Shown here piece by piece: positions 1-10,048 of a stretch of DNA of 40,909 nt. The position numbers and the translations under genes are program-made. How positions within the stretch are numbered: position 1 is the stretch's first letter; the number at the start of each line of letters is the position of its first letter. Origin of the DNA: a virus (lineage: Duplodnaviria; Caudoviricetes); the IMG/VR virus record IMGVR_UViG_3300037962_000344, positions 1-40,909 of that record. One strand, 5' to 3'. Under the pieces are notes generated by a model. That model was given only the letters and a program-made list of their open reading frames with translations. It did not search any database and was not told the DNA's origin.

Positions 1-2
1 TT

Positions 3-737
3 AAGTCTATCGGTAAAGCTGTTAAGGGCGCTGTAAAAGGTGTCACCAAAGCTGCTAAATCACCTTTAGGTATGACAGCAATAGCTTTAGCATTTCCACA
101 AGTTAGAGCTGGTTTAGGTAGTTTTTTTGGCACAGGTAGTTTTAATCCATTAAAAGCTTTAATTACAAAAGGACCTCAAACAGGAATGTTTGGTCCTAGT
201 GCTTTTGCTAGATTTTTAGGAACAGGAACAGGTAAGGCAGCTGCTTTAGGAGCAGCATCTTTAGCAGGTGGTATGTTCACAGCTAAAGAACAAGAAGATA
301 TTGAATCATTAAGACAATCTGGAGATAGAGGTTTACTACAAGCTTATTTAAGAAGGTATTACCAAAATTTAAATCCTAAAGCATCTCCTGAAGTAATAGA
401 AGAATTTGTAAGAACTAACTCTGCAGAAGGTGGTAGAATAGGTTATGCTAGAGGAGATACTGCAGAACAGAACGCGATGCAGGCATCAGGCATCATGGGC
501 CTACCATTGAATCAAAACCCTGCAGGTGTAACAGAATTAGATTTACGAGAAACTGGTGGATTTATTCCTCCAGTTGGTGTAAAAGAAAAGGCTGACGACA
601 TCCCTGCGATGCTTTCAAATAACGAATTTGTGTTTACAGCTGACGCTGTAAAAGGAATGGGTGACGGTAATGTCAACTTAGGTGCACAACGTATGTATGA
701 CATGATGAAAAAATTAGAAAACGGAGGAAGAGTCTAA
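3..737 (+). CDS. Putative internal virion protein, 5'-truncated
   Basis: The frame is open from position 3 (KSIGKAVKGAVKG...), upstream of the track's ATG at 72. G/A-rich N-terminus, RTNSAEGGRIGYARG motif, and a C-terminal DDIPAMLSNNEFVFTADAV motif of the kind seen in tape-measure and virion proteins. Confidence 0.6.
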   Translation, partial: KSIGKAVKGAVKGVTKAAKSPLGMTAIALAFPQVRAGLGSFFGTGSFNPLKALITKGPQTGMFGPSAFARFLGTGTGKAAALGAASLAGGMFTAKEQEDIESLRQSGDRGLLQAYLRRYYQNLNPKASPEVIEEFVRTNSAEGGRIGYARGDTAEQNAMQASGIMGLPLNQNPAGVTELDLRETGGFIPPVGVKEKADDIPAMLSNNEFVFTADAVKGMGDGNVNLGAQRMYDMMKKLENGGRV

Positions 738-1642
738 TGGCTGTAACAGAACAAAGAGTATTACCACCAGAATTTATAGAAGCAGCAGGTAAAACGTATC
801 TAGATGATTTATCGAAAGCAACAGGTCAATTTAAAACTGCTGATCTTTCTAAAACTTTTGGACCACAATTTGTAGCTGGACCTAGTGCATTACAAACACA
901 AGCAGAAGGATTAGCTGGTGGTCTTGGATCTTTTGCACCTTTCTTACAAACAGCAGCAACGCAAGCTGGAGATGCTGCAACACAAGCTGGATTAGCAGGT
1001 CAATTTGTAGGACCACAAGCATATCAACAGTTTATGTCTCCTTTTCAACAAGATGTAATTAAAACTACTTTATCTGAATTTGATAGACAAGCACAAAGAG
1101 GAATGCAAGGAATAGCAGATCAAGCATTAGCTGCAGGAGCTTTTGGTGGCGGTAGAGAAGGCGTACAAAGAGCAGAGTTTCAAGCTGCATCAGATAGAAA
1201 CCGAGCAGCATTACAAGCACAATTATTACAACAAGGATTTGGACAAGCACAAAACGCTGCAGCTCAAGCGTTTGGTCAACAACAAGCTTTAGCTCAACAG
1301 CAACAAGCTTTATCTCAACAGCAACAAGCATTAGCTCAGTTGTCACCACAGTTAACTGGTCAACAGATTGCAGGTTTATCTAGTTTAGGTGCACAGCAAC
1401 AGGCACAACAACAAGCACAATTAACAGCACAACAACAATTAGCTCAACAACAATTACAACAACCATTACAAGCTGCACAGCAATATGGTTCTGGAGTTAC
1501 AAGTTTAATTGCAGGATATCCTGGTAAGGATGTTATTACAAATCAACCGGGACCTAGCCCTGTATCAACTGCATTAGGAATAGGATCAACGTTAGCTGGT
1601 ATATACAGAGCGTTTCAACCACAACAAATAAAATTCGTATAA
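737..1642 (+). CDS. Q/A/G-rich putative DNA-ejection (pilot/internal virion) protein
   Basis: 301 aa, very rich in Q, A and G, with heptad repeats, a GAFGGGR motif and a hydrophobic C-terminus. TAATG-coupled to its neighbours. Confidence 0.6.
   Translation: MAVTEQRVLPPEFIEAAGKTYLDDLSKATGQFKTADLSKTFGPQFVAGPSALQTQAEGLAGGLGSFAPFLQTAATQAGDAATQAGLAGQFVGPQAYQQFMSPFQQDVIKTTLSEFDRQAQRGMQGIADQALAAGAFGGGREGVQRAEFQAASDRNRAALQAQLLQQGFGQAQNAAAQAFGQQQALAQQQQALSQQQQALAQLSPQLTGQQIAGLSSLGAQQQAQQQAQLTAQQQLAQQQLQQPLQAAQQYGSGVTSLIAGYPGKDVITNQPGPSPVSTALGIGSTLAGIYRAFQPQQIKFV
1278..1340 (+). repeat. 21-nt imperfect tandem repeat encoding QQQAL(A/S)Q heptads
   Basis: Three units encoding QQQALAQ, QQQALSQ and QQQALAQ; consistent with a coiled coil. 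Confidence 0.75.
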
Positions 1643-2403
1643 TGAAAACACTTAGAAGACCAATGTTCAGAAAAGGCGGAGAAGTCGGTGGTGGTATCAT
1701 GACCGGTGTTATGAGAGAGAACTACGAAAATGGAACTACAGCTGAAAGATTAATGAAAATTGCAGGTCAACCTGCAGGCTTTGATCCATTAACACAATTT
1801 TTAATACAAGGTGGTTTATCTCTAGCGTCACAACCTGCAACAGGTGGTGGTGCAATAGCTGACATTGCAACTGCAGTGCAAAAACCAGCAGCTGATTTAA
1901 TGACTGGTTTAGGTGAAAGAGATAAAATGAGACAGCAACTAGCACTAAAAGGTGAACTAATAGATATAGAACAAGAAGGTGCTGAAAGAATTAAAATGCT
2001 TGAATTACAAGGTAAGAAACAACAAGCAGAAAAAGAAGCATCTATTATGTTAGGTCCAGATGCAACACCTGAACAAATACAGAAAAAAGCAGCAGAAATT
2101 TTAAATCAAAGAATATTTGGCGTAGAAGAAAGATTTAGAGAAGGTAAAAAAGCTCAAGCTATAAGTGATATTTATGATAAATATGGTTTAACTGCAGGAC
2201 CTGCAGAATCTTTTTACAAGTTTCAAACTACAATAGCTCCTGAATTAACTCAAAGACTAAACAAACAATTCATGGGTCCAATCAAAAAAGATAGCAAAGG
2301 TAAATATAAAACTAGAAACAAACAAGCTGGTATTTATTACGATCCTTTTGCACAACAAGCAGTCTTATTAGAAGCAACTGGTGAAATACAACTGATAGAT
2401 TAG
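1642..2403 (+). CDS. Putative internal virion protein
   Basis: 253 aa; N-terminal RPMFRKGG and RENYENG motifs; lies in the ejection-protein cluster. Confidence 0.55.
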   Translation: MKTLRRPMFRKGGEVGGGIMTGVMRENYENGTTAERLMKIAGQPAGFDPLTQFLIQGGLSLASQPATGGGAIADIATAVQKPAADLMTGLGERDKMRQQLALKGELIDIEQEGAERIKMLELQGKKQQAEKEASIMLGPDATPEQIQKKAAEILNQRIFGVEERFREGKKAQAISDIYDKYGLTAGPAESFYKFQTTIAPELTQRLNKQFMGPIKKDSKGKYKTRNKQAGIYYDPFAQQAVLLEATGEIQLID

Positions 2404-2411
2404 GAGGTTAA

Positions 2412-5400
2412 ATGTCAACAAAATTTCAAGAGTTTGACACATTCAACCTCGTAGATGAAGAAAGAGATAGTGATACAAGTGCTCTTACAGCTGCTACTGC
2501 AGGTATAGTCTCAGGTCTCATTAAAGTTCCAGAGGGTGTAATATCGTTAGGTGCAGAACTAATTGACCTTGGCTTTGATACAAATACAGCAGCAAAAGTA
2601 GAACAAGTATTTGATACAATTAATATATTTGAAGATATAGCAGACGACAGAGCTATCGGTAAACTAACCGAAACATTAATTCAGGTAGGTGTACCAGGGA
2701 CTGTAGGATTTAAATTAGCGAGCGCTGCTGTCAAAGCAAAGAAAGCTGGTAATTATGCAAATTTAAAAAGTCCTAATGTTATCAAAGCGTTAAACAAAAC
2801 AAATGATTTAAATAAAAAAGTAGGAAGAAAAAGATTTACAGCTGGTGTATTAGGTGGTGCAGCTGGTGAAACATTTGTAGCTGACGTAGAAGGTATTGGA
2901 AGTATTGGAGATGCATTTGAAACAGGACCTACACAATTAACAGAAGTGACAGATGAAGAAGGTAGAGAAGATGCTGCAAGAAAACTTTTAAACAGAGTTA
3001 AATTTGGATCGGAATCTATATTAGTTACACCACTTGTATATGGTGCAGCAAGAGGATTAAAATCTGCTGTTACAAAAGGTAGAAACTTAGAGTACAGTAA
3101 TTCACAATTAGATAAATTTTTTAATAAAATATATTCTGCGTTCAGGGCTAGAGGTGCAAAACCACAAAAAGTATTTGAAGAGAAGATGGCAGAACAAGGA
3201 GCTAAAATGGCTGACACCAATGCAGCTATGGAACTTGTTAAAAATATAGATAGAGAAATAGATTCTATGTTTCCTACATTAAAAACTACATTTAGTAAAT
3301 CTACGGGAAAAGAAAAATCCATTATATTAAAAGAGATAAACGATACTTTATTTTCAGGACAATTAGATGAAGCATTACCAGAAGAGGCTGTAACTAAACT
3401 TACAAAATCATTAACAGATAAAGGTTTAAAAGAAGAAGGTATACAAAATATTTTTACAAATTTAAAAAATGCTAGATCTATTTTTTCTGATTTAATTACA
3501 ATTAGTTCTAATGCACCAAAAGATGTGGCACAATTAAAAACATTAATAGGTAAAAGAGCACAAGATTATTTAGGTGATACGTATAGAATTTTTGAAGACA
3601 AATCATCTTTACCATTTTTAAATTATAAACCAACAGATGAAGCTGTAAACAATGCAAAAAATTTATTTAAAAGATATTATAGATTTGCAAACAGAAATAA
3701 TCCAAATTTTGATCCAGCAAAAAATGTATTGACAGATGCAGAAGCAGATACGTTGGTTAATAATGTATTAAAAAATGCCTTAAAAGACAAAACTCCAGGT
3801 CAATTACCTTTTTTTAAATATGTTAATTTAACACCTACGGCTGATGATGTGACTTCTAAAAAATTTTTTAAACAAATTGTAACAAGAGATATAGGTGATC
3901 AACAAATATCACAAGTGGTTGGTCAAGGTAGTAAAGTATTTAGAGAACTTTTTGGTAAAATGGAAGACCCTAGATTCTCTATATATAATGGTATGACTAA
4001 ACTATCTGGTATTGCAAGAAGAAACGAATTGTTAGAAAGACTTGGTAAGAATGATGCTGCCGCAAAAGCTGCTGTTACAGATGCAACTGAAGCAGGAGAC
4101 AGGGGATTCTTTTTTACAGCAGATGAAGTAAAAAATTTAAAAGCAGAAAGAGCTTTACCCAATCAAGAGATTGTAGAACTAGATAAATTTTTAGCTCCTT
4201 TCTTTAAAGATGATTACACAGTCAATCCATTACAAGGTATGTACACATCAAAAGCAATAGCAGAAGCTTTAGGTGATTCACAAAATATGTTTAAGTTTTT
4301 AATTGAATCAGATAGCCAAAACTTTGCAGCAAAAGCATTTAACTTTGCATGGAGAAACTTACTACTTGCACCAAAAGGTGCAGCTCAAATTGCAAAAACA
4401 ATCTTATCACCGGTTACACACTTTAGAAACTTCTTCTCTGCAACAGGGTTCTCAGCAGCAAATGGTGTGTTAGTTGATGCAGTAACTAATCCAAAACAAA
4501 CTGCTAGAGCTTATGCTGAAGCTTTTGGTCCTCTACAAGTTGGAACTAGATCAGAAGCAGCTAATAAAAGATACAGAGAACTATTGAAATTAGGTGTTGT
4601 AAACTCACAAGTACAATTAGGAGATATAAAAAATCTATTAAAAGATGTTAGATTTGGTGAGAACTTAGATCTTGATAAACCATTAGCATCAATGGGTAGA
4701 AAATTATTTGGTCTTGGTAAAAGAGGATTAAAGAAAGGTATGAAATTTGCTGAAGATTTGTACACAGCAGAGGATGACTTTTTTAAAATTGCAAACTTTG
4801 CAATTGAAAGAAACAGATTAAAGACTGCTTTTACAAGAGCAGGTAGAGAAGTAACAGAAGAATTTTTAGATCAAGAAGCAGCTAACATTGTAAGAAATAC
4901 TGTGCCTAATTATGCATATGTATCAGATACTGTAAGAGCGTTAAGACGTTTACCACTTGGTACGTTCATGTCTTTCCCATCTGAAATATTAAGAACCACT
5001 ACAAACATTGCACAACGAGCAATCAAAGAAATAAAAGATCCTGCATTGAGAAATATTGGATATAAAAGATTATTTGGTTTAACAACTGTTTTAGCAATTG
5101 CACCATATGGAATACAAAAAGGATTTCAGTCGTTGTATGATGTGACCAATGAGGAGTTAGATGCACTAAAAAGATATCTACCTGAGTGGTCTAAAAACTC
5201 TACGATCCTTCCAATTAGAGATGATGAAACAGGAGATCTAAAATATGTAGACTTTAGTCATGGTAATGCATACGATACGGCGATTAGACCATTACAAACT
5301 TTATTAAACAATATTCAAAACGGTATTGAAGATGAAGAAGTATTAATGAAAGGTTTATTAGGTGGTATGGCAGAGGCTGCAGGTGAACTTGCATCACCAT

Positions 5401-6341
5401 TTATATCAGAAGCAATCTACACACAAGCTGTAGCAGACATATTTTTAAGAAATGGTAGAACTAGAGATGGTAGACAGATATACACTGATACACAGTTTCA
5501 AACAGAACCAGGCACTGCAATAAAAAATAGCATTGATCATGTGGCAGAAGCTTTAATACCTTTTTCATATCCAACACTAACTAGAATTTATCAAGCCGCT
5601 ACAGACAAACCATCTGAGCGTGGAGAGTTCTTTGAATTACCAGATGAAATAACTGGTTTCTTTGGATTTAGACAAGTAAAAGTAGATCCTGTAAAAGCGA
5701 TGGGATTTAAGCTAGCTGGTTATCAAAAAGGAATTAGGGAAGCAAGATCATTATTTACAGGTGGTGAAGAATCTGTATTGAAAGGTGGACCTAAAACTGC
5801 AAACGATGTTATTAGAAGATTTATTGCTGCAAACAAAGCTAAGTTTTTAGTACAAAAAGAATTAAGAAAGGACATAATGGCGGCTGAAACTCTAGGTGTA
5901 GATGATTTTGAACTAAGAAGAGAGTTTAATGAAAGACAATTAACTAGAGATTATAACAGATTAAACAATGATGTATTTGATCCATACGTGCCATCAGAGA
6001 ATATTAGAAGAGAGTTTAGACAAATAGAAGAGAGAACAGGTGTGCCTAATCCATATGATGAAGCCTTGTTAGATATTAATGACATTGTACAAGATTTAAG
6101 AAACCTGTCATTTGATGATAACTTTGAGGATGTCATAAACATTAGCGACTATATTATTGATGAAGGAGAGCTTATATCTCAAGCTCCTTTACCAACACAA
6201 CCAATGCCAAGCCCAACAGTAATACAAACTGCACAGAATCAGGCACTAGGAGGCATGAACCAGGGATTGACACCAATTGAGAATGCTTTATTATCAGAAG
6301 AGGAGAAACAAATAAGACTTAGACAACGAGGTTTAGCATAA
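2412..6341 (+). CDS. Large putative internal virion (ejectosome-like) protein
   Basis: 1309 aa, SD AGGAGG, helical with G/A-rich hydrophobic segments. Size and position match podovirus core/ejection proteins. Confidence 0.6.
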   Translation: MSTKFQEFDTFNLVDEERDSDTSALTAATAGIVSGLIKVPEGVISLGAELIDLGFDTNTAAKVEQVFDTINIFEDIADDRAIGKLTETLIQVGVPGTVGFKLASAAVKAKKAGNYANLKSPNVIKALNKTNDLNKKVGRKRFTAGVLGGAAGETFVADVEGIGSIGDAFETGPTQLTEVTDEEGREDAARKLLNRVKFGSESILVTPLVYGAARGLKSAVTKGRNLEYSNSQLDKFFNKIYSAFRARGAKPQKVFEEKMAEQGAKMADTNAAMELVKNIDREIDSMFPTLKTTFSKSTGKEKSIILKEINDTLFSGQLDEALPEEAVTKLTKSLTDKGLKEEGIQNIFTNLKNARSIFSDLITISSNAPKDVAQLKTLIGKRAQDYLGDTYRIFEDKSSLPFLNYKPTDEAVNNAKNLFKRYYRFANRNNPNFDPAKNVLTDAEADTLVNNVLKNALKDKTPGQLPFFKYVNLTPTADDVTSKKFFKQIVTRDIGDQQISQVVGQGSKVFRELFGKMEDPRFSIYNGMTKLSGIARRNELLERLGKNDAAAKAAVTDATEAGDRGFFFTADEVKNLKAERALPNQEIVELDKFLAPFFKDDYTVNPLQGMYTSKAIAEALGDSQNMFKFLIESDSQNFAAKAFNFAWRNLLLAPKGAAQIAKTILSPVTHFRNFFSATGFSAANGVLVDAVTNPKQTARAYAEAFGPLQVGTRSEAANKRYRELLKLGVVNSQVQLGDIKNLLKDVRFGENLDLDKPLASMGRKLFGLGKRGLKKGMKFAEDLYTAEDDFFKIANFAIERNRLKTAFTRAGREVTEEFLDQEAANIVRNTVPNYAYVSDTVRALRRLPLGTFMSFPSEILRTTTNIAQRAIKEIKDPALRNIGYKRLFGLTTVLAIAPYGIQKGFQSLYDVTNEELDALKRYLPEWSKNSTILPIRDDETGDLKYVDFSHGNAYDTAIRPLQTLLNNIQNGIEDEEVLMKGLLGGMAEAAGELASPFISEAIYTQAVADIFLRNGRTRDGRQIYTDTQFQTEPGTAIKNSIDHVAEALIPFSYPTLTRIYQAATDKPSERGEFFELPDEITGFFGFRQVKVDPVKAMGFKLAGYQKGIREARSLFTGGEESVLKGGPKTANDVIRRFIAANKAKFLVQKELRKDIMAAETLGVDDFELRREFNERQLTRDYNRLNNDVFDPYVPSENIRREFRQIEERTGVPNPYDEALLDINDIVQDLRNLSFDDNFEDVINISDYIIDEGELISQAPLPTQPMPSPTVIQTAQNQALGGMNQGLTPIENALLSEEEKQIRLRQRGLA

Positions 6342-7354
6342 TGGCTGTAGATAAAAAAATTAGTTATGAAGTACAAGGTGGTGCAAAAAACTACCTTGGT
6401 AAACAGAAGCAGGTTACTGCTCCTTTAAAATGGAAATCTAGTCCAGATAGTCCAGAAACAGAATTAGCATATATTACAAAAGCAGAAAAAGATTTACTTG
6501 TTAAAAAAGATTTACATGGTTCATTAAAAGGTGATGTTAACAGAGGACCGTCAGGTATTATGAGTTTAGATGGTTATGGATCATTTGATGATCCTAGTGA
6601 TAAAAGTAGAGATACAGGTATGTCTGGTGCAGCGACAAGTGCTGCAGAAAGCGGAAGAAATACATCAGATACATTAGCTGAAGGTGCGTCATACAGAGAC
6701 GTGCAAGACTATAGAGATGCATTTATCGCAGCGGGAGGCGGTCAAAGAGTTAATCCGGGTTTTTTTGATAGTAAAAATATTGTATCACCAGATGAATTAG
6801 CAAGAGCTAGAGCTTCTAATCCAGCTGCATTTAAAGCTGGTCGTAGAGGTGGTATTATGGATTTCTTTACAGGTGGTGGATTCTTAGGAAACATAATTAG
6901 AGGTCTTGGACAAAAATTTGGTTTAGGAAAAACGTTTGATGAACCAACTTATGACATGCGTAGATTTAGTGCTACAAATCCAACTTTTCAAAACGATTTA
7001 GGTAATGAATTTGCATTGGCAAACACTACAAATCAAATACCTGTAGTTATTGATGATGACATGAGTCTAATACCAAGAAGAAATTTAAATGACTATGAAG
7101 GAGTAACATCTGATGATGGCATTATAACTATTCCTATGGATAAACCACAAGATCAATCTATGGATAATTTTTTTAAAGATGCTATGGCTAAAGTAACCAA
7201 AAGAGATATTGCAACAAAGAAAATGGGAATGCTTCAAGGTCAAACCTATGAGAATGCAAGAGATTTAGGACTTATAAATCCTGATATGACAGAATTTGAA
7301 TTTAACGAATTGCAAAAGGGCAACATAACAAAAGCTGGAACATATATATCATAA
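6341..7354 (+). CDS. Hypothetical virion-associated protein
   Basis: 337 aa, TAATG-coupled, contains an ELAYITKAEKDLL...GPSGIMSL segment. Confidence 0.55.
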   Translation: MAVDKKISYEVQGGAKNYLGKQKQVTAPLKWKSSPDSPETELAYITKAEKDLLVKKDLHGSLKGDVNRGPSGIMSLDGYGSFDDPSDKSRDTGMSGAATSAAESGRNTSDTLAEGASYRDVQDYRDAFIAAGGGQRVNPGFFDSKNIVSPDELARARASNPAAFKAGRRGGIMDFFTGGGFLGNIIRGLGQKFGLGKTFDEPTYDMRRFSATNPTFQNDLGNEFALANTTNQIPVVIDDDMSLIPRRNLNDYEGVTSDDGIITIPMDKPQDQSMDNFFKDAMAKVTKRDIATKKMGMLQGQTYENARDLGLINPDMTEFEFNELQKGNITKAGTYIS

Positions 7355-7572
7355 TGCCCAACGGAGATAAATTAAGACCCAAGAGTACAAGAGAACATTT
7401 ACTATCTATTTATGGATATATTACCGGTTTAAAAAAGGATGTTAAACATATGCATGATGGTATACACGATTTGGGCGGTAAGATAGACAAGATCTATTGG
7501 GTGTTATTGGGTACTGTAGGGGCAGTATCACTTCTGCTATTGGAAAAAGCATTAGACAAGGGATTTTTTTAA
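7354..7572 (+). CDS. Small coiled-coil plus single-TM protein (holin/XhlA-like architecture)
   Basis: Heptad segment followed by the hydrophobic IYWVLLGTVGAVSLLLL. Confidence 0.5.
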   Translation: MPNGDKLRPKSTREHLLSIYGYITGLKKDVKHMHDGIHDLGGKIDKIYWVLLGTVGAVSLLLLEKALDKGFF

Positions 7573-9002
7573 ATCCAGTCTTTATAATCTTCACCCATAA
7601 TTGTATTAGCAATATTAACTTTATTACGTAAAGCTTTTACGATGTGTTCATCAATCGTATCTTGTGATAAGATATCTATGTAAGTCATCTTTTTAGTTTG
7701 ACCAATACGATCAATACGAGCTTCTGATTGTTGTCTTTTTTCAAGATCATAACCATTTGAAAAATAAATCATTGTACTACCAGCAGTTAATGTAATACCA
7801 TAACCACCTGTATGTGTAGTTCCTACAAAGAATCTGCAGTTGTCATCAGTTTGAAATCTTTTTATATTTTTTGATCTTTGATCAGACTCTGTTGCACCAT
7901 AATAATCTACAACAGAATCATCACCATACACTTCTTTTATCTTTGCAATAATTCTTTTTACATCATGTGTATAGTGGGACCATATAATAGTTTTACCTTC
8001 AACGTTTTCTAATATGCTCATCAACTCTGTTAAACGACTACATGGTAAATCTTTTATTGTACCATCATCAGCTGTAAAGTGACCACAAGTTATTTGATGT
8101 AGTCTCATTAACTGAGTCATGACTGTAGCTGTAGATTGCATCTTACCATCAAGAAATGCTATTGCTTCTTTTTTCATTTGTTCATAAACTTTCTTTTGTT
8201 CTTTGGTAAGTTCAACAGTATGTTTGATAAAAGATTTTGCAGGTAAATCTAAACAATCTTCTTTCAATATTCTTTTAGAAAAAGGTTTTATCTTCTCCGA
8301 TAGTTCAGCAAGATTTCTGTAACCCACAACAATCTCTACACGTCTGCCCTGTACTTCTATCTTTCTAGTGACAGCATACCGGGCTTTGAACGTGTAGTAT
8401 GATTGGTGGTTAAGGAGCCAAGGGTCAAGAAATTGGCATTGAGAAAACAAATCTAATGGTGATTTAGTTACAGGAGAGCCTGTTAATATTCTTCTGTATT
8501 TTGCATCTTGTCTTAGAGACAAGATACTTTTAGTTCTATTTGATGTAGGTGTTTTAATCGTAGTAGATTCGTCTATTGCAATCATTGCTTTGTGACATGA
8601 TAAAAATTTTTGTGCAAATTTTAAACCATCACCTTTTGAAAAGGACTCAACATTCATAATTAAAATGTGTAAATCTGTGCCTGTCTCAAACAAAGTATTT
8701 AACAAAGACATTTGTTTTTTAGACTTGTCTGATGTTTTCCAAAGAACAACTTTCTTTTCTATGTGATCAGGTAAGTGTGTAGGTATTTCAGAGTCATACC
8801 AGTTTTTGTATACACCTTTTGGCGCAATCAATAACAGGCCATTTATCAAGCCTTTATCATACAATACAGCTGCATTATCTAATAATACTTTAGATTTACC
8901 TGTACCCATCTCCATAAAATAGGCAAAGTTTTCTTTATCCCAAGAAGCTTCTAATGCATCTAATTGATGAGCATAAGGCTTAGTTTTAAATTTATAGTTC
9001 AT
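7569..9002 (-). CDS. SNF2-family (SF2) helicase/ATPase
   Basis: Motif I EMGTGKS, motif II DES, motif III LTGSP, motif V GGYGITLT, motif VI QSEARIDRIGQ. Confidence 0.92.
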   Translation of the reverse strand: MNYKFKTKPYAHQLDALEASWDKENFAYFMEMGTGKSKVLLDNAAVLYDKGLINGLLLIAPKGVYKNWYDSEIPTHLPDHIEKKVVLWKTSDKSKKQMSLLNTLFETGTDLHILIMNVESFSKGDGLKFAQKFLSCHKAMIAIDESTTIKTPTSNRTKSILSLRQDAKYRRILTGSPVTKSPLDLFSQCQFLDPWLLNHQSYYTFKARYAVTRKIEVQGRRVEIVVGYRNLAELSEKIKPFSKRILKEDCLDLPAKSFIKHTVELTKEQKKVYEQMKKEAIAFLDGKMQSTATVMTQLMRLHQITCGHFTADDGTIKDLPCSRLTELMSILENVEGKTIIWSHYTHDVKRIIAKIKEVYGDDSVVDYYGATESDQRSKNIKRFQTDDNCRFFVGTTHTGGYGITLTAGSTMIYFSNGYDLEKRQQSEARIDRIGQTKKMTYIDILSQDTIDEHIVKALRNKVNIANTIMGEDYKDWI

Positions 9003-9026
9003 ACTTTACTTTTCTTTCTAAAAATC

Positions 9027-9055
9027 TATATAGTATAACAAAAGAAAAAAGTCAA
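9027..9055 (-). promoter_or_regulatory. Putative sigma70-type promoter for the SNF2 gene
   Basis: Minus strand TTGACT-N17-TATATA, upstream of SD-like AGAAAG. The -35 box overlaps the start codon of the divergent gene. Confidence 0.45.
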
Positions 9056-9390
9056 TGTCAAAAGTTTATCTAATTCAAGAAATACCAGGCACCGCAAAAG
9101 GCGAACCTAAATATAATATTTTAGGCGCACAGAAATATGGCGAGATTAAGACTATATTACCTGAGTTTTCGCAAATGATTTTATCACCGGGTCCACTAAT
9201 ACATAAACTTAGAACTCTTCTAAAAGATTATACTGAAGAAGATTATCTTTTATTATCTGGTGATCCTGCAATCATAGGTGTTGTGTGTTCTGTTGTTTCA
9301 GATATTACAAATGGAAAATACAAATTATTAAAATGGGATCGTCAAGAAAAAACTTATTATCCAATTGAAATAAATATTCATCAAAAGTAG
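9055..9390 (+). CDS. Hypothetical phage protein
   Basis: 111 aa with DYLLLSGDP and LLKWDR segments; normal codon usage. Confidence 0.75.
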   Translation: MSKVYLIQEIPGTAKGEPKYNILGAQKYGEIKTILPEFSQMILSPGPLIHKLRTLLKDYTEEDYLLLSGDPAIIGVVCSVVSDITNGKYKLLKWDRQEKTYYPIEINIHQK

Positions 9391-9418
9391 TTGACAATAA
9401 AAAATACTTCTCTATATA
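9391..9418 (+). promoter_or_regulatory. Putative promoter of the replication operon
   Basis: TTGACA at 9391 and TATATA at 9413, in an AT-rich intergenic gap before SD AGGAAAG. Confidence 0.5.
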
Positions 9419-9466
9419 TCTAGACGCAATTAAAAATTAAATTAATAAAAATATATAGGAAAGCAA

Positions 9467-10015
9467 ATGACTATTAACTTACGACAAGATGCGCCCGATC
9501 AAAGTGACGTTATCGACCCACAAAAACTCTCTGAAGAAATAGAGAAATTAAAATCAATACAAAATAAAATCTCAACATTAAAAGCACAGATAAAAGATTT
9601 AGAAGAAGATGAAAAATATTTTGTCTATGATGTAATACCAAAATTAATGTATGACATGAATTTAAGCACACTGAAACTAAAAGATGGTTCTGAAGTTTCA
9701 GTTGGTAAAAAGTTTTATGCAAATGCTAGAGCAGATAAAAGAGCAGATGCATATCAATGGCTTCGAGACAACGGCCTAGGTGACATTATTAAAAATAATA
9801 TTAGTGTTACTTTTGGTCAAGGCGAAGAAAACAAGGCTATGGCTTATGCTAACCTTGCAAAGGAGCATGGTTATGAGCCTTCTCAAAAAGAGGATGCTCA
9901 TCATGCTTCTGTATCAGCAGTGATGAAGGAATGGAAAGAAAAAGGCAATGAAATTCCTACTGATCTGTTTTCTGTACTTGATGTAGATCAAGTAAAGATA
10001 AAAAACAAAAGCTAA
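9467..10015 (+). CDS. Conserved replication-module protein with N-terminal coiled coil
   Basis: 182 aa, coiled coil followed by AYQWLRDNGLGDIIK; precedes the SSB-like gene. Confidence 0.7.
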   Translation: MTINLRQDAPDQSDVIDPQKLSEEIEKLKSIQNKISTLKAQIKDLEEDEKYFVYDVIPKLMYDMNLSTLKLKDGSEVSVGKKFYANARADKRADAYQWLRDNGLGDIIKNNISVTFGQGEENKAMAYANLAKEHGYEPSQKEDAHHASVSAVMKEWKEKGNEIPTDLFSVLDVDQVKIKNKS

Positions 10016-10048
10016 ACTAATAAACTAATAACCTAATAGGAGGACAAT

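Noticed and set aside
6353-6390. Near-matches to the GG motif (KISYEVQGG here, KKLENGG, FKNGG)
   Set aside because: They lack Arg at the required spacing, so they were not counted.
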